Shown here piece by piece: positions 54,837 to 63,104 of a DNA stretch of 64,000 nt. Source of the DNA: a virus (Duplodnaviria; Heunggongvirae; Uroviricota; Caudoviricetes); the IMG/VR virus record IMGVR_UViG_3300012996_000001, positions 1 through 64,000 of that record; one strand, written 5' to 3'. The notes under the pieces are model-generated. The model saw nothing but the letters and a program-made list of their open reading frames with translations. It did not search any database and was not told where the DNA came from. Within the stretch, counting starts at the first letter, position 1; each line of letters starts with the position of its first letter. A program made the translations under genes and the position numbers.

Positions 54837-55181
54837 TTATAGCTCAATGTTGTTTAGGTAAGCTAACATCTGGAAGTGTGATTTTGCCCGGTTTTCACCT
54901 TTGCGGAAACTACCAAAACCAGAGTTGATGATCTTGCTCATTTCCGTGATTTCGTACATTTCACCGCCAATGTGGCGTAGTGTAATGATAGTTGTTTCAT
55001 TCTGTACTTGGGCAATCACACCTTTTGCAGGGGTAAAGTCATTTGCACAGACACGGGGAGCAAAGCAGTTTTTAAGCCATTCAAAAATACACAATACAGA
55101 CCAAACCAGCAAGCACACAACGATAAGCACAAGAAACATTGAGACAATCGGATTTTTGATGATTTCGATTAGTGTGTTCAT
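54837..55181 (-). CDS. membrane protein (114 aa)
   Basis: N-terminal TM helix. Confidence 0.4.
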   Translation of the reverse strand: MNTLIEIIKNPIVSMFLVLIVVCLLVWSVLCIFEWLKNCFAPRVCANDFTPAKGVIAQVQNETTIITLRHIGGEMYEITEMSKIINSGFGSFRKGENRAKSHFQMLAYLNNIEL

Positions 55182-55227
55182 TTTCTATTCTCTGTTGGGT
55201 TGGCTTTATTGCCTGATAAATAATTTA

Positions 55228-55258
55228 TCAAAAGCGCCTGATGAAAGCAAGCGCTTTT
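55228..55258 (-). terminator. bidirectional hairpin terminator AAAAGCGC-CTGATGAAAGCAA-GCGCTTTT
   Basis: Perfect 8-bp stem flanked by A-run and T-run. Confidence 0.5.
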
Positions 55259-55268
55259 ACTAATTATT

Positions 55269-55592
55269 TTAATTTTCCCGACAATCGCAACAATCACAAT
55301 GATCATCGATTATTCTTTTCCGCATCGCCGCCGGGGATAACTCCGCTATAGCATCCTGCATCGCAAAGATCGTTTCCAAGTCCTGGCGATGTTCCGCAAT
55401 GTAATCAAAGGTGCGCTGTTTGTCTCTGAATAGGTTCCCGGTATGGTTACTGTGGAGACCATCAACGAAAGCGCCTAAAACATCATCGCCGTGCTGTTTG
55501 AGTTTTTCGTAGCCTTTGATTTCAATTTCGCCGTGTTTACTTTTAACAGTGTACACAACAACAGATTCGATAGTGAATTTTTCAGTGCTCAT
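55269..55592 (-). CDS. hypothetical protein with C-terminal HCDCCDC cysteine cluster (107 aa)
   Basis: ORF. Confidence 0.4.
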   Translation of the reverse strand: MSTEKFTIESVVVYTVKSKHGEIEIKGYEKLKQHGDDVLGAFVDGLHSNHTGNLFRDKQRTFDYIAEHRQDLETIFAMQDAIAELSPAAMRKRIIDDHCDCCDCREN

Positions 55593-55729
55593 ATTTGATT
55601 ACCATCCGCAAAGAATGCATATTGAGGCTGCACAGACAACAGCGATTAAGGCAGAAATTACGAAGATAGCGAACATGATTTTTACCTCTCTGTCATCTGT
55701 GTGTTTTGGCCTTCTGGCCCGATGAAAGA

Positions 55730-55759
55730 AGTATAGGTCATTTCACTATCTGCCGTCAA
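55730..55759 (-). promoter_or_regulatory. sigma70 promoter TTGACG-N18-TATACT (leftward)
   Basis: Reverse complement of the + strand AGTATAggtcatttcactatctgcCGTCAA. Confidence 0.5.
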
Positions 55760-55931
55760 TAGTTATTTTAGCGATTCCTCAAATGTTTTTTAGCCATAAG
55801 CCGCGCCGTTACTTTACTATGCCCGGCTTCCATGTAATAACGAACCAGGCGATCAAGATTGTGCCGCTTTTCTGCTTTGGTCTCTCCGGTTGGTATCCAT
55901 CCACCCCAATCACTGAATAGCTTACGATCAT

Positions 55932-56234
55932 TCATACTTGAGCCTCTTCCGCTATGGCATCATTAACGATACGGGCAATGACGCCGGGAATCCGGTCCGC
56001 TGCCAAAGGATAGCTTTTCACATGTTCAATAACACCATGCCCTTTAATACTGACCCGATAAGCAACTTGAAAAAAGCCAGGTGACGAACAAGTGACAGCA
56101 AGTTCAATACCGCTGCCGCTATGATCATCCTTATGGCGGAAATTGATCAACGTCTCCGCGTCAAAACGGGAAAAGTCGGTCACAATGTAAGGGTTAACAG
56201 CGGACAGGAAGAAAAATTTATTTGCTTGTTCCAT
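55932..56234 (-). CDS. hypothetical protein (100 aa)
   Basis: ORF. Confidence 0.4.
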   Translation of the reverse strand: MEQANKFFFLSAVNPYIVTDFSRFDAETLINFRHKDDHSGSGIELAVTCSSPGFFQVAYRVSIKGHGVIEHVKSYPLAADRIPGVIARIVNDAIAEEAQV

Positions 56235-56278
56235 TTTGGAGCCTCATTAGGTTTGTGTTTCATCTGTTGATAGCCCGT

Positions 56279-56308
56279 ATTCTACAACGAGCTATCCGCC
56301 GATGTCAA
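56279..56308 (-). promoter_or_regulatory. sigma70 promoter TTGACA-N18-TAGAAT; -10 flanked by IR GATAGC/GCTATC
   Basis: Reverse complement of + ATTCTAcaacgagctatccgccgaTGTCAA. Confidence 0.5.
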
Positions 56309-56484
56309 CGCTTAATTGTAACTTTATCCGCCTCTTTGAAGTAGGCGCGGATCTGTCCCGGCAACAATCGTAAGTCGGCTTGCAGGTGTGACAGACGATA
56401 GGACCGCCCGGCGGTTAAAACATGTTGACCGCAACCATTGCCAATAACGATGTTTACAGTGCATACTAACAGGGAGGCTCTCAT
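56305..56484 (-). CDS. hypothetical protein (59 aa), alternative to track ORF 56324..56527
   Basis: ATGA overlap with the stop of the upstream gene and an AAGGTGG RBS. Frame choice is uncertain. Confidence 0.3.
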   Translation of the reverse strand: MRASLLVCTVNIVIGNGCGQHVLTAGRSYRLSHLQADLRLLPGQIRAYFKEADKVTIKR

Positions 56485-56876
56485 GCTGCCACCTTTGAAC
56501 GGGGGTCATTAGTGACACGGTAGACAAATCGGTAACCTGTGGGGATCTCCACCCGGCGGGCCTCTTTCAATTCATAGCCTAATTGCCCGAGCTTAAATAA
56601 AGGCGTTTCCACACCACGGTTAACAGACTGTTCACGGCGGTAAGGGGAAGTCAAAACAACCGGGCCAAATGCGTTAAGATAACCGTTAGCGGCTGCATCT
56701 TCTGATCCGCCACTGACCAGCCAGGCGGAATATTTGTTGATACTGTTGCCGTTCACGTCGCGGCCAAAATCGAAAGTTTCAAGGACAATGAACAGATCAC
56801 CATCTTGGAAAGCTTCGACGTTCTGCATTGCTGATACTGCATCTTTGAGAGTGTGCTTGATGTTTAACATTTTCAT
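56481..56876 (-). CDS. hypothetical protein (131 aa from MKMLNIK)
   Basis: The track extends it to 56951, but that would run through a consensus promoter. Internal ATG 56876 has an AAAAGG RBS. Confidence 0.4.
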   Translation of the reverse strand: MKMLNIKHTLKDAVSAMQNVEAFQDGDLFIVLETFDFGRDVNGNSINKYSAWLVSGGSEDAAANGYLNAFGPVVLTSPYRREQSVNRGVETPLFKLGQLGYELKEARRVEIPTGYRFVYRVTNDPRSKVAA

Positions 56877-56922
56877 AATGTGTGTACCTTTTAAGGGTTG
56901 ATTTCGTTTGTCTGTAGGCCCT

Positions 56923-56951
56923 ATTATGCAGGACCTACAAACCAGCGTCAA
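56923..56951 (-). promoter_or_regulatory. sigma70 promoter TTGACG-N17-CATAAT; -10 inside IR GTAGGTCC/GGGCCTAC
   Basis: Reverse complement of + ATTATGcaggacctacaaaccagCGTCAA. Confidence 0.5.
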
Positions 56952-57281
56952 TCAATTTAATTCTAAACGCTGCATTTTATCTTTAAAACTGTCGTCTGCG
57001 TCTTGCAGGTTTTGCAAGTAAACTTCTTTCGAAGATAAACCGACCCATTGACCAGGCAACACACGGTAACAACCTGCGATCAAAAACTTGTTGCGATCAT
57101 TGGGCACTAATGTAACCTCTTCTGGATAACGCTGGTTAAGCAGGGTTACACAATCCGCTGCATCGCGGCGATATTCGGAGGCGCTGCCTGCGTAAACCTC
57201 TTCATAAGCAACTTCACATTTTTCAGCGTTGTTGCTGTCTACTGTGCAAAGGAATGAAGCGAGTACGATAGTTGCGATCAT
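56952..57281 (-). CDS. secreted protein with signal peptide (109 aa)
   Basis: N-terminal hydrophobic signal plus cysteines. Confidence 0.4.
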   Translation of the reverse strand: MIATIVLASFLCTVDSNNAEKCEVAYEEVYAGSASEYRRDAADCVTLLNQRYPEEVTLVPNDRNKFLIAGCYRVLPGQWVGLSSKEVYLQNLQDADDSFKDKMQRLELN

Positions 57282-57335
57282 GATATTTTACCTTTATCGG
57301 TTGTTGGTTGATTACTTTCGTTTGTCTATGCCGTC

Positions 57336-57365
57336 ATTATAGGCGACGGCATAACCTAACGTCAA
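57336..57365 (-). promoter_or_regulatory. sigma70 promoter TTGACG-N18-TATAAT; -10 in the loop of 9-bp IR TATGCCGTC/GACGGCATA
   Basis: A 50-nt block is near-identical to the one at 59555-59604. Confidence 0.55.
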
Positions 57366-57369
57366 GCGG

Positions 57370-57681
57370 TTAACGATTATTTTTCAGTTTCCAATCTTCA
57401 TATTGAGAAGGGGATATCATGCAGACCGTCTCACCAACCGGGAAATGATCCCAACCTGTGACGTAGTCTGTTGACAGAAGAATAGCCACACACTGCACAT
57501 TTTCCACTTCATCCTCGGTAACCATAAGATGCGGCGATGGTGCTTCAATTTCTTGCACGGTGATTGCAGTTTCACCCTTGTAAAATACGTCGCCGGGGAC
57601 AAGGTCTAAAACATTTTTAGTGAATTGCATATCAGATACCCCAACGACGAAAAGTGGATGATTTATTAGCCTTAAGTTCAC
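57370..57681 (-). CDS. hypothetical protein (103 aa)
   Basis: ORF. Confidence 0.4.
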   Translation of the reverse strand: MNLRLINHPLFVVGVSDMQFTKNVLDLVPGDVFYKGETAITVQEIEAPSPHLMVTEDEVENVQCVAILLSTDYVTGWDHFPVGETVCMISPSQYEDWKLKNNR

Positions 57682-57874
57682 GCTTAAGACGGTTACAGCG
57701 GTTTGACATTGCGAAGTGTGACGGGGTTACAATCGTTGCGCCCGTGTTAGTGTGGATTTTCATTACTTGCTGTTTCATGATTCGATTCCTGTTTGTTGGC
57801 GTTTCGTCGCCCTGTGATTGCATTATGTATCAACCAAACCAGGGCGTCAATAGCCTAAAACAAAAATATTTAAA

Positions 57875-58111
57875 TTATTTTACTGTGACTCGGACAGCCT
57901 CTAAAGTTGAGAGTGTCGCCGGGTCTGTGACCAGCGCTTGCCCCGTAGAGATCTTGACAGATTCACGGATCGCCGTGGCGGCCAGAGCCTTGCAGGTGGA
58001 GCGATAATTTTTACCATCTGTTACCAGGTACAGGGCAGAAAATCCACGGGGTTTAGTGGCAAGTAAGCGGGTAAACTCGGTAAGGCTGAAAAGGTTTTGC
58101 ATGGTGTACAC
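57875..58111 (-). CDS. hypothetical protein (78 aa)
   Basis: GTG/ATG start with a GAGGTG RBS. Preceded by hairpin GGGCCCATTTAGGGCCC plus T-run. Confidence 0.35.
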   Translation of the reverse strand: MYTMQNLFSLTEFTRLLATKPRGFSALYLVTDGKNYRSTCKALAATAIRESVKISTGQALVTDPATLSTLEAVRVTVK

Positions 58112-58325
58112 CTCAAATCAAAAATAAGGGCCCTAAATGGGCCCGTGTGCGGTTTAAAGTTTTTAGCCTTGTGTTGACCTGGTTCGGAGTTACTCCCAGT
58201 TATAGCGCGTTTTGCGGCGCTGTTGCTTGTTGCTCTTTTCCCGTGGCTGGCGGTCCTGTGCTTCGCTGTAGGACAAGCGGGCCCGGTGTGTTACTTTACT
58301 ACGATTTGCGTTTGTATGTAACATG

Positions 58326-58640
58326 TTAACCTCTGCGTCGTTGGGTTTGTTGTTGGTGCATATGTTGTCGCTGATCGATGATATCACAGATATCATCTTC
58401 ATTACTTTTGTAAACTTCATACACGATAGTAGCGCCCATCTCTTGACGATAGCGGATTGCGCCAACCATATCGATCTCTAGCATGGGGCCGTAATCACGA
58501 GATGATCCGATTTCGCCCCGATAATCATATTCAAAGTAACCGAACATTTTTTGAGCCTTTAACCAATTATGATGTGTTGCTGTCTTCATGCACCAAACAG
58601 CAAACACAACAAGGATGATGATAACGATTATTAAGTACAT
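58326..58640 (-). CDS. membrane-anchored protein (104 aa)
   Basis: N-terminal TM helix. Confidence 0.4.
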   Translation of the reverse strand: MYLIIVIIILVVFAVWCMKTATHHNWLKAQKMFGYFEYDYRGEIGSSRDYGPMLEIDMVGAIRYRQEMGATIVYEVYKSNEDDICDIIDQRQHMHQQQTQRRRG

Positions 58641-58648
58641 AATCAGCC

Positions 58649-59053
58649 TTAATCGATGATCTTATTACGGCGTGCAAGTGTAATCAATGCCATAGCCAGC
58701 ATGGGAAAATAGTTGTCGATAGCGTCGCTAACCTTCTGGATACCTGCTACAGTATTGCTTTCTAAATCCTTTTCTGTCAAGTATTCCCACTTGATCAGCA
58801 ATTCCTGGATTTCATGATTAGTGAAAGCATGGTTGATAGTGCTTGGCAACCCTTGCAGGTAAGAAGTTAAGGACTTTTGAATACCTTTTCGCGGGTTTTC
58901 CCAACCGTATTCGGATTCAAAAGTTTCAAAGAAAAACTTGAGTTTTTCAAAGGTAGAACCCTCGTGATCGATAACAGAAACGGCGTAATCACGGACGGCG
59001 TGAATGTGGATCAGTTTTGCGGAAGTGTTGACAGTATTTGATTTGATAGTCAT
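58649..59053 (-). CDS. hypothetical protein (134 aa)
   Basis: ORF. Confidence 0.4.
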   Translation of the reverse strand: MTIKSNTVNTSAKLIHIHAVRDYAVSVIDHEGSTFEKLKFFFETFESEYGWENPRKGIQKSLTSYLQGLPSTINHAFTNHEIQELLIKWEYLTEKDLESNTVAGIQKVSDAIDNYFPMLAMALITLARRNKIID

Positions 59054-59136
59054 AGTCTTTATCTCGTTTGGTTTGGTAGTGTTTCTCTTAATGGATAGCC
59101 CACTGTAAAGGGCTATCGGTTAAGAGTCAACAAATA

Positions 59137-59541
59137 TTATAAATCTTTTTTGCGTGGAACGTCATACACGTTTTCACTGTAAGGTATTTTCAATTCCTGC
59201 GCTACTTGACAAATGTAGGCAAAGTTACGCCACTCTTTGGGACAATCTTGCACAGCCTCAATGAACAGGACTAAGGCTGTATTCTCAAAATGCCTTTCAT
59301 AGCCGTAAACGTCGGACACATAGGCCAGGTCTATCCAAACATCGCCTACTTTATTGCCGTAAGTGTTGGCGTTTAACCGATCTGCAACTTCGACAGATAC
59401 CAGGACACCAACAGAAACACTATGATAAGTATTCCCGGCGCTGCGTTGGAACCAACGTTTACCAGTGATCGAAATTTCTTTAATGTCTTTTGTCTGGAGT
59501 TCTGTTTGAAAAATCGCGAAATTTTTGCTCATTTTGGTCAT
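59137..59541 (-). CDS. hypothetical protein (134 aa)
   Basis: ORF. Confidence 0.4.
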   Translation of the reverse strand: MTKMSKNFAIFQTELQTKDIKEISITGKRWFQRSAGNTYHSVSVGVLVSVEVADRLNANTYGNKVGDVWIDLAYVSDVYGYERHFENTALVLFIEAVQDCPKEWRNFAYICQVAQELKIPYSENVYDVPRKKDL

Positions 59542-59578
59542 TCCTGTATGTTGATTACTTTCGTTTGTCTATGCCGTC

Positions 59579-59608
59579 ATTATAGGCGACGGCATAACCA
59601 CACGTCAA
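59579..59608 (-). promoter_or_regulatory. sigma70 promoter TTGACG-N18-TATAAT with IR TATGCCGTC/GACGGCATA (duplicate of 57336)
   Basis: Reverse complement of + ATTATAggcgacggcataaccacaCGTCAA. Confidence 0.55.
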
Positions 59609-59610
59609 GC

Positions 59611-59820
59611 TTAAATTACGTCGGTATATAAATTTTCAAGTTCTCCAGAAAAAACAGCTACCGATCCGTAAGCAGACAGATCAAAATCTTCCAGGTCGCC
59701 AAAATCATTTTGGTAATCTTCTTTCGCCGCTGCTACAAAAGCGGCGTGGGGGCCTTCAGCCTCGATACGATAGATTGGGTTCGTATTGTCAATGCTTAAA
59801 ACCACGGTGAATTTTTTCAT
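59611..59820 (-). CDS. hypothetical protein (69 aa)
   Basis: ORF. Confidence 0.35.
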   Translation of the reverse strand: MKKFTVVLSIDNTNPIYRIEAEGPHAAFVAAAKEDYQNDFGDLEDFDLSAYGSVAVFSGELENLYTDVI

Positions 59821-59863
59821 TTTGTTTCCTTTATTTGGGTAATTTTATTTGTCTATGTCGGTT

Positions 59864-59892
59864 ATTATGAAGACAGTGTGCAATGAAGTCAA
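59864..59892 (-). promoter_or_regulatory. sigma70 promoter TTGACT-N17-CATAAT
   Basis: Reverse complement of + ATTATGaagacagtgtgcaatgaAGTCAA. Confidence 0.45.
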
Positions 59893-60125
59893 GCGGTTTT
59901 TACCAAATTATTAAAAAATTCCTGTGGCTTAACATGGGCGTTTTTGCCACCATTACCCAACCAAGCGTTAAGATGGCGGGTTGTCGTGGTGCTATACTTA
60001 CGATCTACCTTGTAGCTGATTCCGCCGATGACCGCCGCCACTGGTGTGCTGTAAGAATAGAAAACCTGTGAGCCGTCGGCCAGGGTGATCATGGTTTGGT
60101 TTGCGCCGATAGTAGTCAGATTCAT
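59889..60125 (-). CDS. hypothetical protein (78 aa)
   Basis: ORF. Confidence 0.4.
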   Translation of the reverse strand: MNLTTIGANQTMITLADGSQVFYSYSTPVAAVIGGISYKVDRKYSTTTTRHLNAWLGNGGKNAHVKPQEFFNNLVKTA

Positions 60126-60177
60126 TTTGTAGCCCCGTTTGTTTGATTGTTGTTACTGTTTCGTTTGCATATGCCGC

Positions 60178-60207
60178 TATTATATGTGGCGGCATAAACC
60201 AACGTCA
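60178..60207 (-). promoter_or_regulatory. sigma70 promoter TTGACG-N18-TATAAT with IR TATGCCGC/GCGGCATA
   Basis: Reverse complement of + ATTATAtgtggcggcataaaccaaCGTCAA. Confidence 0.55.
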
Positions 60208-60217
60208 ACAATTATTT

Positions 60218-60457
60218 TTAGCAAACTGTAACTTTTTCGCCGTCTACCATTATGTAAGTGTGCCCGGCGTTGCTGTACTGGTCAACATAAATCCGGCGGC
60301 GCTTTCCTTGATAGTTAAGCATATAAGAGGTAGGGATCTTTGTGCCATAGCCCGTAGCGGTTTTTTGTAGGCCCTGGCGTTGCCATTCAAGCGGTGCGTA
60401 GATCGGAGCGTAGAAGTCTGAGGCATGATCGGGGTGGCTAATCATTACGGTTTTCAT
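60218..60457 (-). CDS. hypothetical protein (79 aa)
   Basis: ORF. Confidence 0.4.
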   Translation of the reverse strand: MKTVMISHPDHASDFYAPIYAPLEWQRQGLQKTATGYGTKIPTSYMLNYQGKRRRIYVDQYSNAGHTYIMVDGEKVTVC

Positions 60458-60511
60458 TTACGGTTACCTTTTCAGTTTTGGCGGCGGTCATTCCGTCGCT
60501 CTATGGGATAC

Positions 60512-60540
60512 ATTATGGATAGTATCGGGGCCGGAGTCAA
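60512..60540 (-). promoter_or_regulatory. sigma70 promoter TTGACT-N17-CATAAT
   Basis: Reverse complement of + ATTATGgatagtatcggggccggAGTCAA. Confidence 0.45.
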
Positions 60541-60560
60541 TACCCCAAAACAAAAATAAT

Positions 60561-60950
60561 TTAAATATTTATGCCGCTGTCTTTTGGGTCTATAGTACCG
60601 CCGTTGTCGATGATGCAGCGGATCACGGCATCACCCATTGCCTTGCATTCTGCCCAAGTGGGGGCCAGTATTTCAATATAGGGAAAGCAGGCAGCGCCGC
60701 CAGGGAATTGATTGATATCGGCTTGACCGCTCGTTTCTGCATTTGAGGCGGCAACATGAACGGCATTATTTAATTCGTCCCATTCCAGATAGGGAAACTT
60801 TTGATCGCTTTCGTCGTTGATGAACTCCCCGGCCTTATCGTGGGAATCGTAGGATACGTAACAACGAAACATAGGTTGCACAACAACAGAAGGGATTTTG
60901 TTTTTCATGGGACGGACTCCAAAATAAAATAGCCCGGCATCGCCGGGCAT
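60561..60950 (-). CDS. hypothetical protein (129 aa)
   Basis: ORF. Confidence 0.4.
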   Translation of the reverse strand: MPGDAGLFYFGVRPMKNKIPSVVVQPMFRCYVSYDSHDKAGEFINDESDQKFPYLEWDELNNAVHVAASNAETSGQADINQFPGGAACFPYIEILAPTWAECKAMGDAVIRCIIDNGGTIDPKDSGINI

Positions 60951-60956
60951 ATTGTG

Positions 60957-61247
60957 TTAAACTACGGCTTCCCAGGCGGATTTACCAGTATTGGCAACTT
61001 TCACCACGTCACCGCTAGTCACCTGCACATTGTAGAGCGGGTTACCGTCTTTGCCTGTCTCTTTGTCAGAGTACACAGCAACGATTTTATCAAACGGGCT
61101 CAGTGCACCCTTTTTGATGCGTTTGCCGTTACCATCGGTAATGAAACCAATATGCACAGAATCGCCAACCTTTGGATCACGCAATTCAGGGTTAGTTTTT
61201 GCACGATGAGCATTGATCATTTGGGTAGCTGTGGTTTCTTTTTTCAT
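60957..61247 (-). CDS. hypothetical protein (96 aa)
   Basis: ORF. Confidence 0.4.
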   Translation of the reverse strand: MKKETTATQMINAHRAKTNPELRDPKVGDSVHIGFITDGNGKRIKKGALSPFDKIVAVYSDKETGKDGNPLYNVQVTSGDVVKVANTGKSAWEAVV

Positions 61248-61315
61248 CTGTAAATCTCCTCTTGGGTTTAAAGTAGGGCTATCTTAGCACAGCCCTGTTC
61301 ACGGGTAAATAAATA

Positions 61316-61531
61316 TTAACGCTTTTTGATAGATAAAGTGCCGCCAACATGCTTAGCAGTGACGCGCCAACCGGATTCGGTTTTTACTGGCGCTGTCGGC
61401 GTGATACCGCTTTGGCGAAGGCGCTTAGCGATAGCGCGGGCATCGTCCCGAGTACGGAAAGCGGGCATAGTTACAACAGCCGCCAGGTTTACAGCCGGGG
61501 TCGGACGTTTCTTAATCTTAACTGTAGCCAT
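61316..61531 (-). CDS. small basic protein (71 aa), possibly DNA-binding
   Basis: ORF rich in K/R. Confidence 0.35.
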   Translation of the reverse strand: MATVKIKKRPTPAVNLAAVVTMPAFRTRDDARAIAKRLRQSGITPTAPVKTESGWRVTAKHVGGTLSIKKR

Positions 61532-61578
61532 GATATCACCTTTGTTTAGTGGGTTTGTTTCTTCTCTTGATAACCCAT

Positions 61579-61608
61579 ATTCTATTATGGGTTATCCGGC
61601 GAAGTCAA
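61579..61608 (-). promoter_or_regulatory. sigma70 promoter TTGACT-N18-TAGAAT flanked by 10-bp IR ATAACCCATA/TATGGGTTAT
   Basis: Reverse complement of + ATTCTAttatgggttatccggcgaAGTCAA. Confidence 0.5.
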
Positions 61609-61611
61609 CAA

Positions 61612-62052
61612 TTATTTTACGACACGTACATATTTATATTGCTGCTCTGCACTGATGCCGCCCGTACTGTTGGCGCGTGGTACTTCCAGGTGAGACGGTA
61701 ACCAACCTGTAGACACACCTACATTGAAGCGGCGGATCTCACCGTACAAAGTTTCAACCTCAACGCGGCGGCCCTCTAAGCCTTTAAGCTGTGGCGATAG
61801 TTGAACCGGGCACTTAATTTTCTTGTGGTTGCAATAGCGTGAAACCTGAGAGATCACTTTTTGGCAAGCCTCAAAGTGCTTCTTAGTTCCAACACGGGCC
61901 GGGATTTGTGGGATAGCTTGCGGGTCCTGTTTAAAGAGCCAATCACGCAAGGCAATAGCCTGTTTGTTTAAGTAATCGAAACCGTTACAGGTGTAACCTG
62001 TGCCGTGGTTGAGAACATAAAGGCGGCGTGCTTTGTCGATTGAATGTAACAT
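61612..62052 (-). CDS. hypothetical protein (146 aa)
   Basis: ORF. Confidence 0.4.
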   Translation of the reverse strand: MLHSIDKARRLYVLNHGTGYTCNGFDYLNKQAIALRDWLFKQDPQAIPQIPARVGTKKHFEACQKVISQVSRYCNHKKIKCPVQLSPQLKGLEGRRVEVETLYGEIRRFNVGVSTGWLPSHLEVPRANSTGGISAEQQYKYVRVVK

Positions 62053-62104
62053 TTTACTGTCTCTCTTTGTTTGTGGTCGACGTTGTGTCGTCCTGTTGAG
62101 ATGA

Positions 62105-62134
62105 ATTATAGGCCGGGAGGATTCCCGGCGTCAA
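62105..62134 (-). promoter_or_regulatory. sigma70 promoter TTGACG-N18-TATAAT; spacer contains IR CCGGGAATCCTCCCGG
   Basis: Reverse complement of + ATTATAggccgggaggattcccggCGTCAA. Confidence 0.55.
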
Positions 62135-62153
62135 TACAATTTTTAAATTATTT

Positions 62154-62477
62154 TTACTTTTCGTCTAAGCCTTTGTAAATATAAGGCTTTCCGTCGACTA
62201 GGCTATACACAACATAGTTACCCTGGCGATCTTTATTCTTAAGAGTGATCGCTTTTGCTTCACATTGGGACAGGTTGCCAACATAAGCGGGGTCCAAGTC
62301 TGCAATGGTGACGGGACCAGGGGAAGGAAGAATTTTAAAGACAGCATAATCCCGGCTTACACTGTCATAACCTGCGAACCATTCCCCCTGGTTAGCATCG
62401 GATTTGTAACGGCAAGCGCGGATTGATCCTTTATGTGCTGCCTCTTGCCCTTCGATAAAATATTTTGTGTGCTGCAT
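62154..62477 (-). CDS. hypothetical protein (107 aa)
   Basis: First ORF of the leftward cluster. RBS AAGAGGAGG. Confidence 0.45.
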   Translation of the reverse strand: MQHTKYFIEGQEAAHKGSIRACRYKSDANQGEWFAGYDSVSRDYAVFKILPSPGPVTIADLDPAYVGNLSQCEAKAITLKNKDRQGNYVVYSLVDGKPYIYKGLDEK

Positions 62478-62547
62478 AGTAACCTCCTCTTATATAGGTG
62501 TGTTAAGTATGCGCCGAAAATATTGTTTTTGCAACTGTTGACACGCC

Positions 62548-62576
62548 GCTAAGATCTGCCCATAATAGAGACATAA
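62548..62576 (+). promoter_or_regulatory. promoter TTGACA-N17-CATAAT (rightward)
   Basis: Upstream of ORF 62595..62861. Confidence 0.45.
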
Positions 62577-62594
62577 ACAAACGAGGGCAATACG

Positions 62595-62861
62595 ATGAAA
62601 ACAAATACGGAATTATTAATACAGGCGTTAGGCTGGCAAAGCGGCACCGTTCACGAGGTGGCACAGCAGACCGGAATGACTGTCAGTCAAGTGTCAGAAC
62701 TGCACACTTTTGGCGACAGTGTTTACAATACCCCGCGCCGCCGGGGTCACTGGGACGCCAGCCAGGGTACTATCGCCGCTGCACCGTCTGACTTGAACGA
62801 CGCAAGCGGGTTAATCTCTTATTGGTACGGGGTTATCCAATTCCACAGGGGTTATTTTTAA
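62595..62861 (+). CDS. hypothetical protein (88 aa)
   Basis: RBS ACGAGGG. Confidence 0.4.
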   Translation: MKTNTELLIQALGWQSGTVHEVAQQTGMTVSQVSELHTFGDSVYNTPRRRGHWDASQGTIAAAPSDLNDASGLISYWYGVIQFHRGYF

Positions 62862-62868
62862 AATCCTA

Positions 62869-62898
62869 TTGACGGCCCGGAGCAAGGCGGGCTATATT
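62869..62898 (+). promoter_or_regulatory. promoter TTGACG-N18-TATATT driving a non-coding structured region
   Basis: No ORF follows. See the ncRNA candidate at 62905-63060. Confidence 0.4.
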
Positions 62899-62904
62899 AT
62901 TGGA

Positions 62905-63060
62905 ATAAAGAGAGTAAAAGCCACCCACGGCGCTAAACGGGGCTAGCATACCAGGGCACTGGTTGTAAGGTGGATCGCCGGTAGTTCGTCCTTACAAAAC
63001 TTGTGGGCGGTGTGTTATTAAATGGCGCTCGCCCCGTCGCCCCATAGGTGGCACACTAGA
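62905..63060 (+). ncRNA. candidate structured ncRNA
   Basis: Long-range helix GCCACC..CGGCG..ACGGGG (62928-62955) pairs with CCCCGTCGCC..GGTGGC (63027-63052). It encloses hairpins CCAGGGCACTGG and TTGTAAGG...CCTTACAA (8 bp). Confidence 0.3.
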
Positions 63061-63104
63061 AAAATATTAGCGGCTATCTCGTGATCCATTTTTTAAAACT
63101 CCTA

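Noticed and set aside
56877-56951. N-terminal extension of ORF 56481..56951
   Set aside because: The extension would read through a full TTGACG-N17-CATAAT promoter with an inverted repeat. The internal ATG at 56876 has an RBS.
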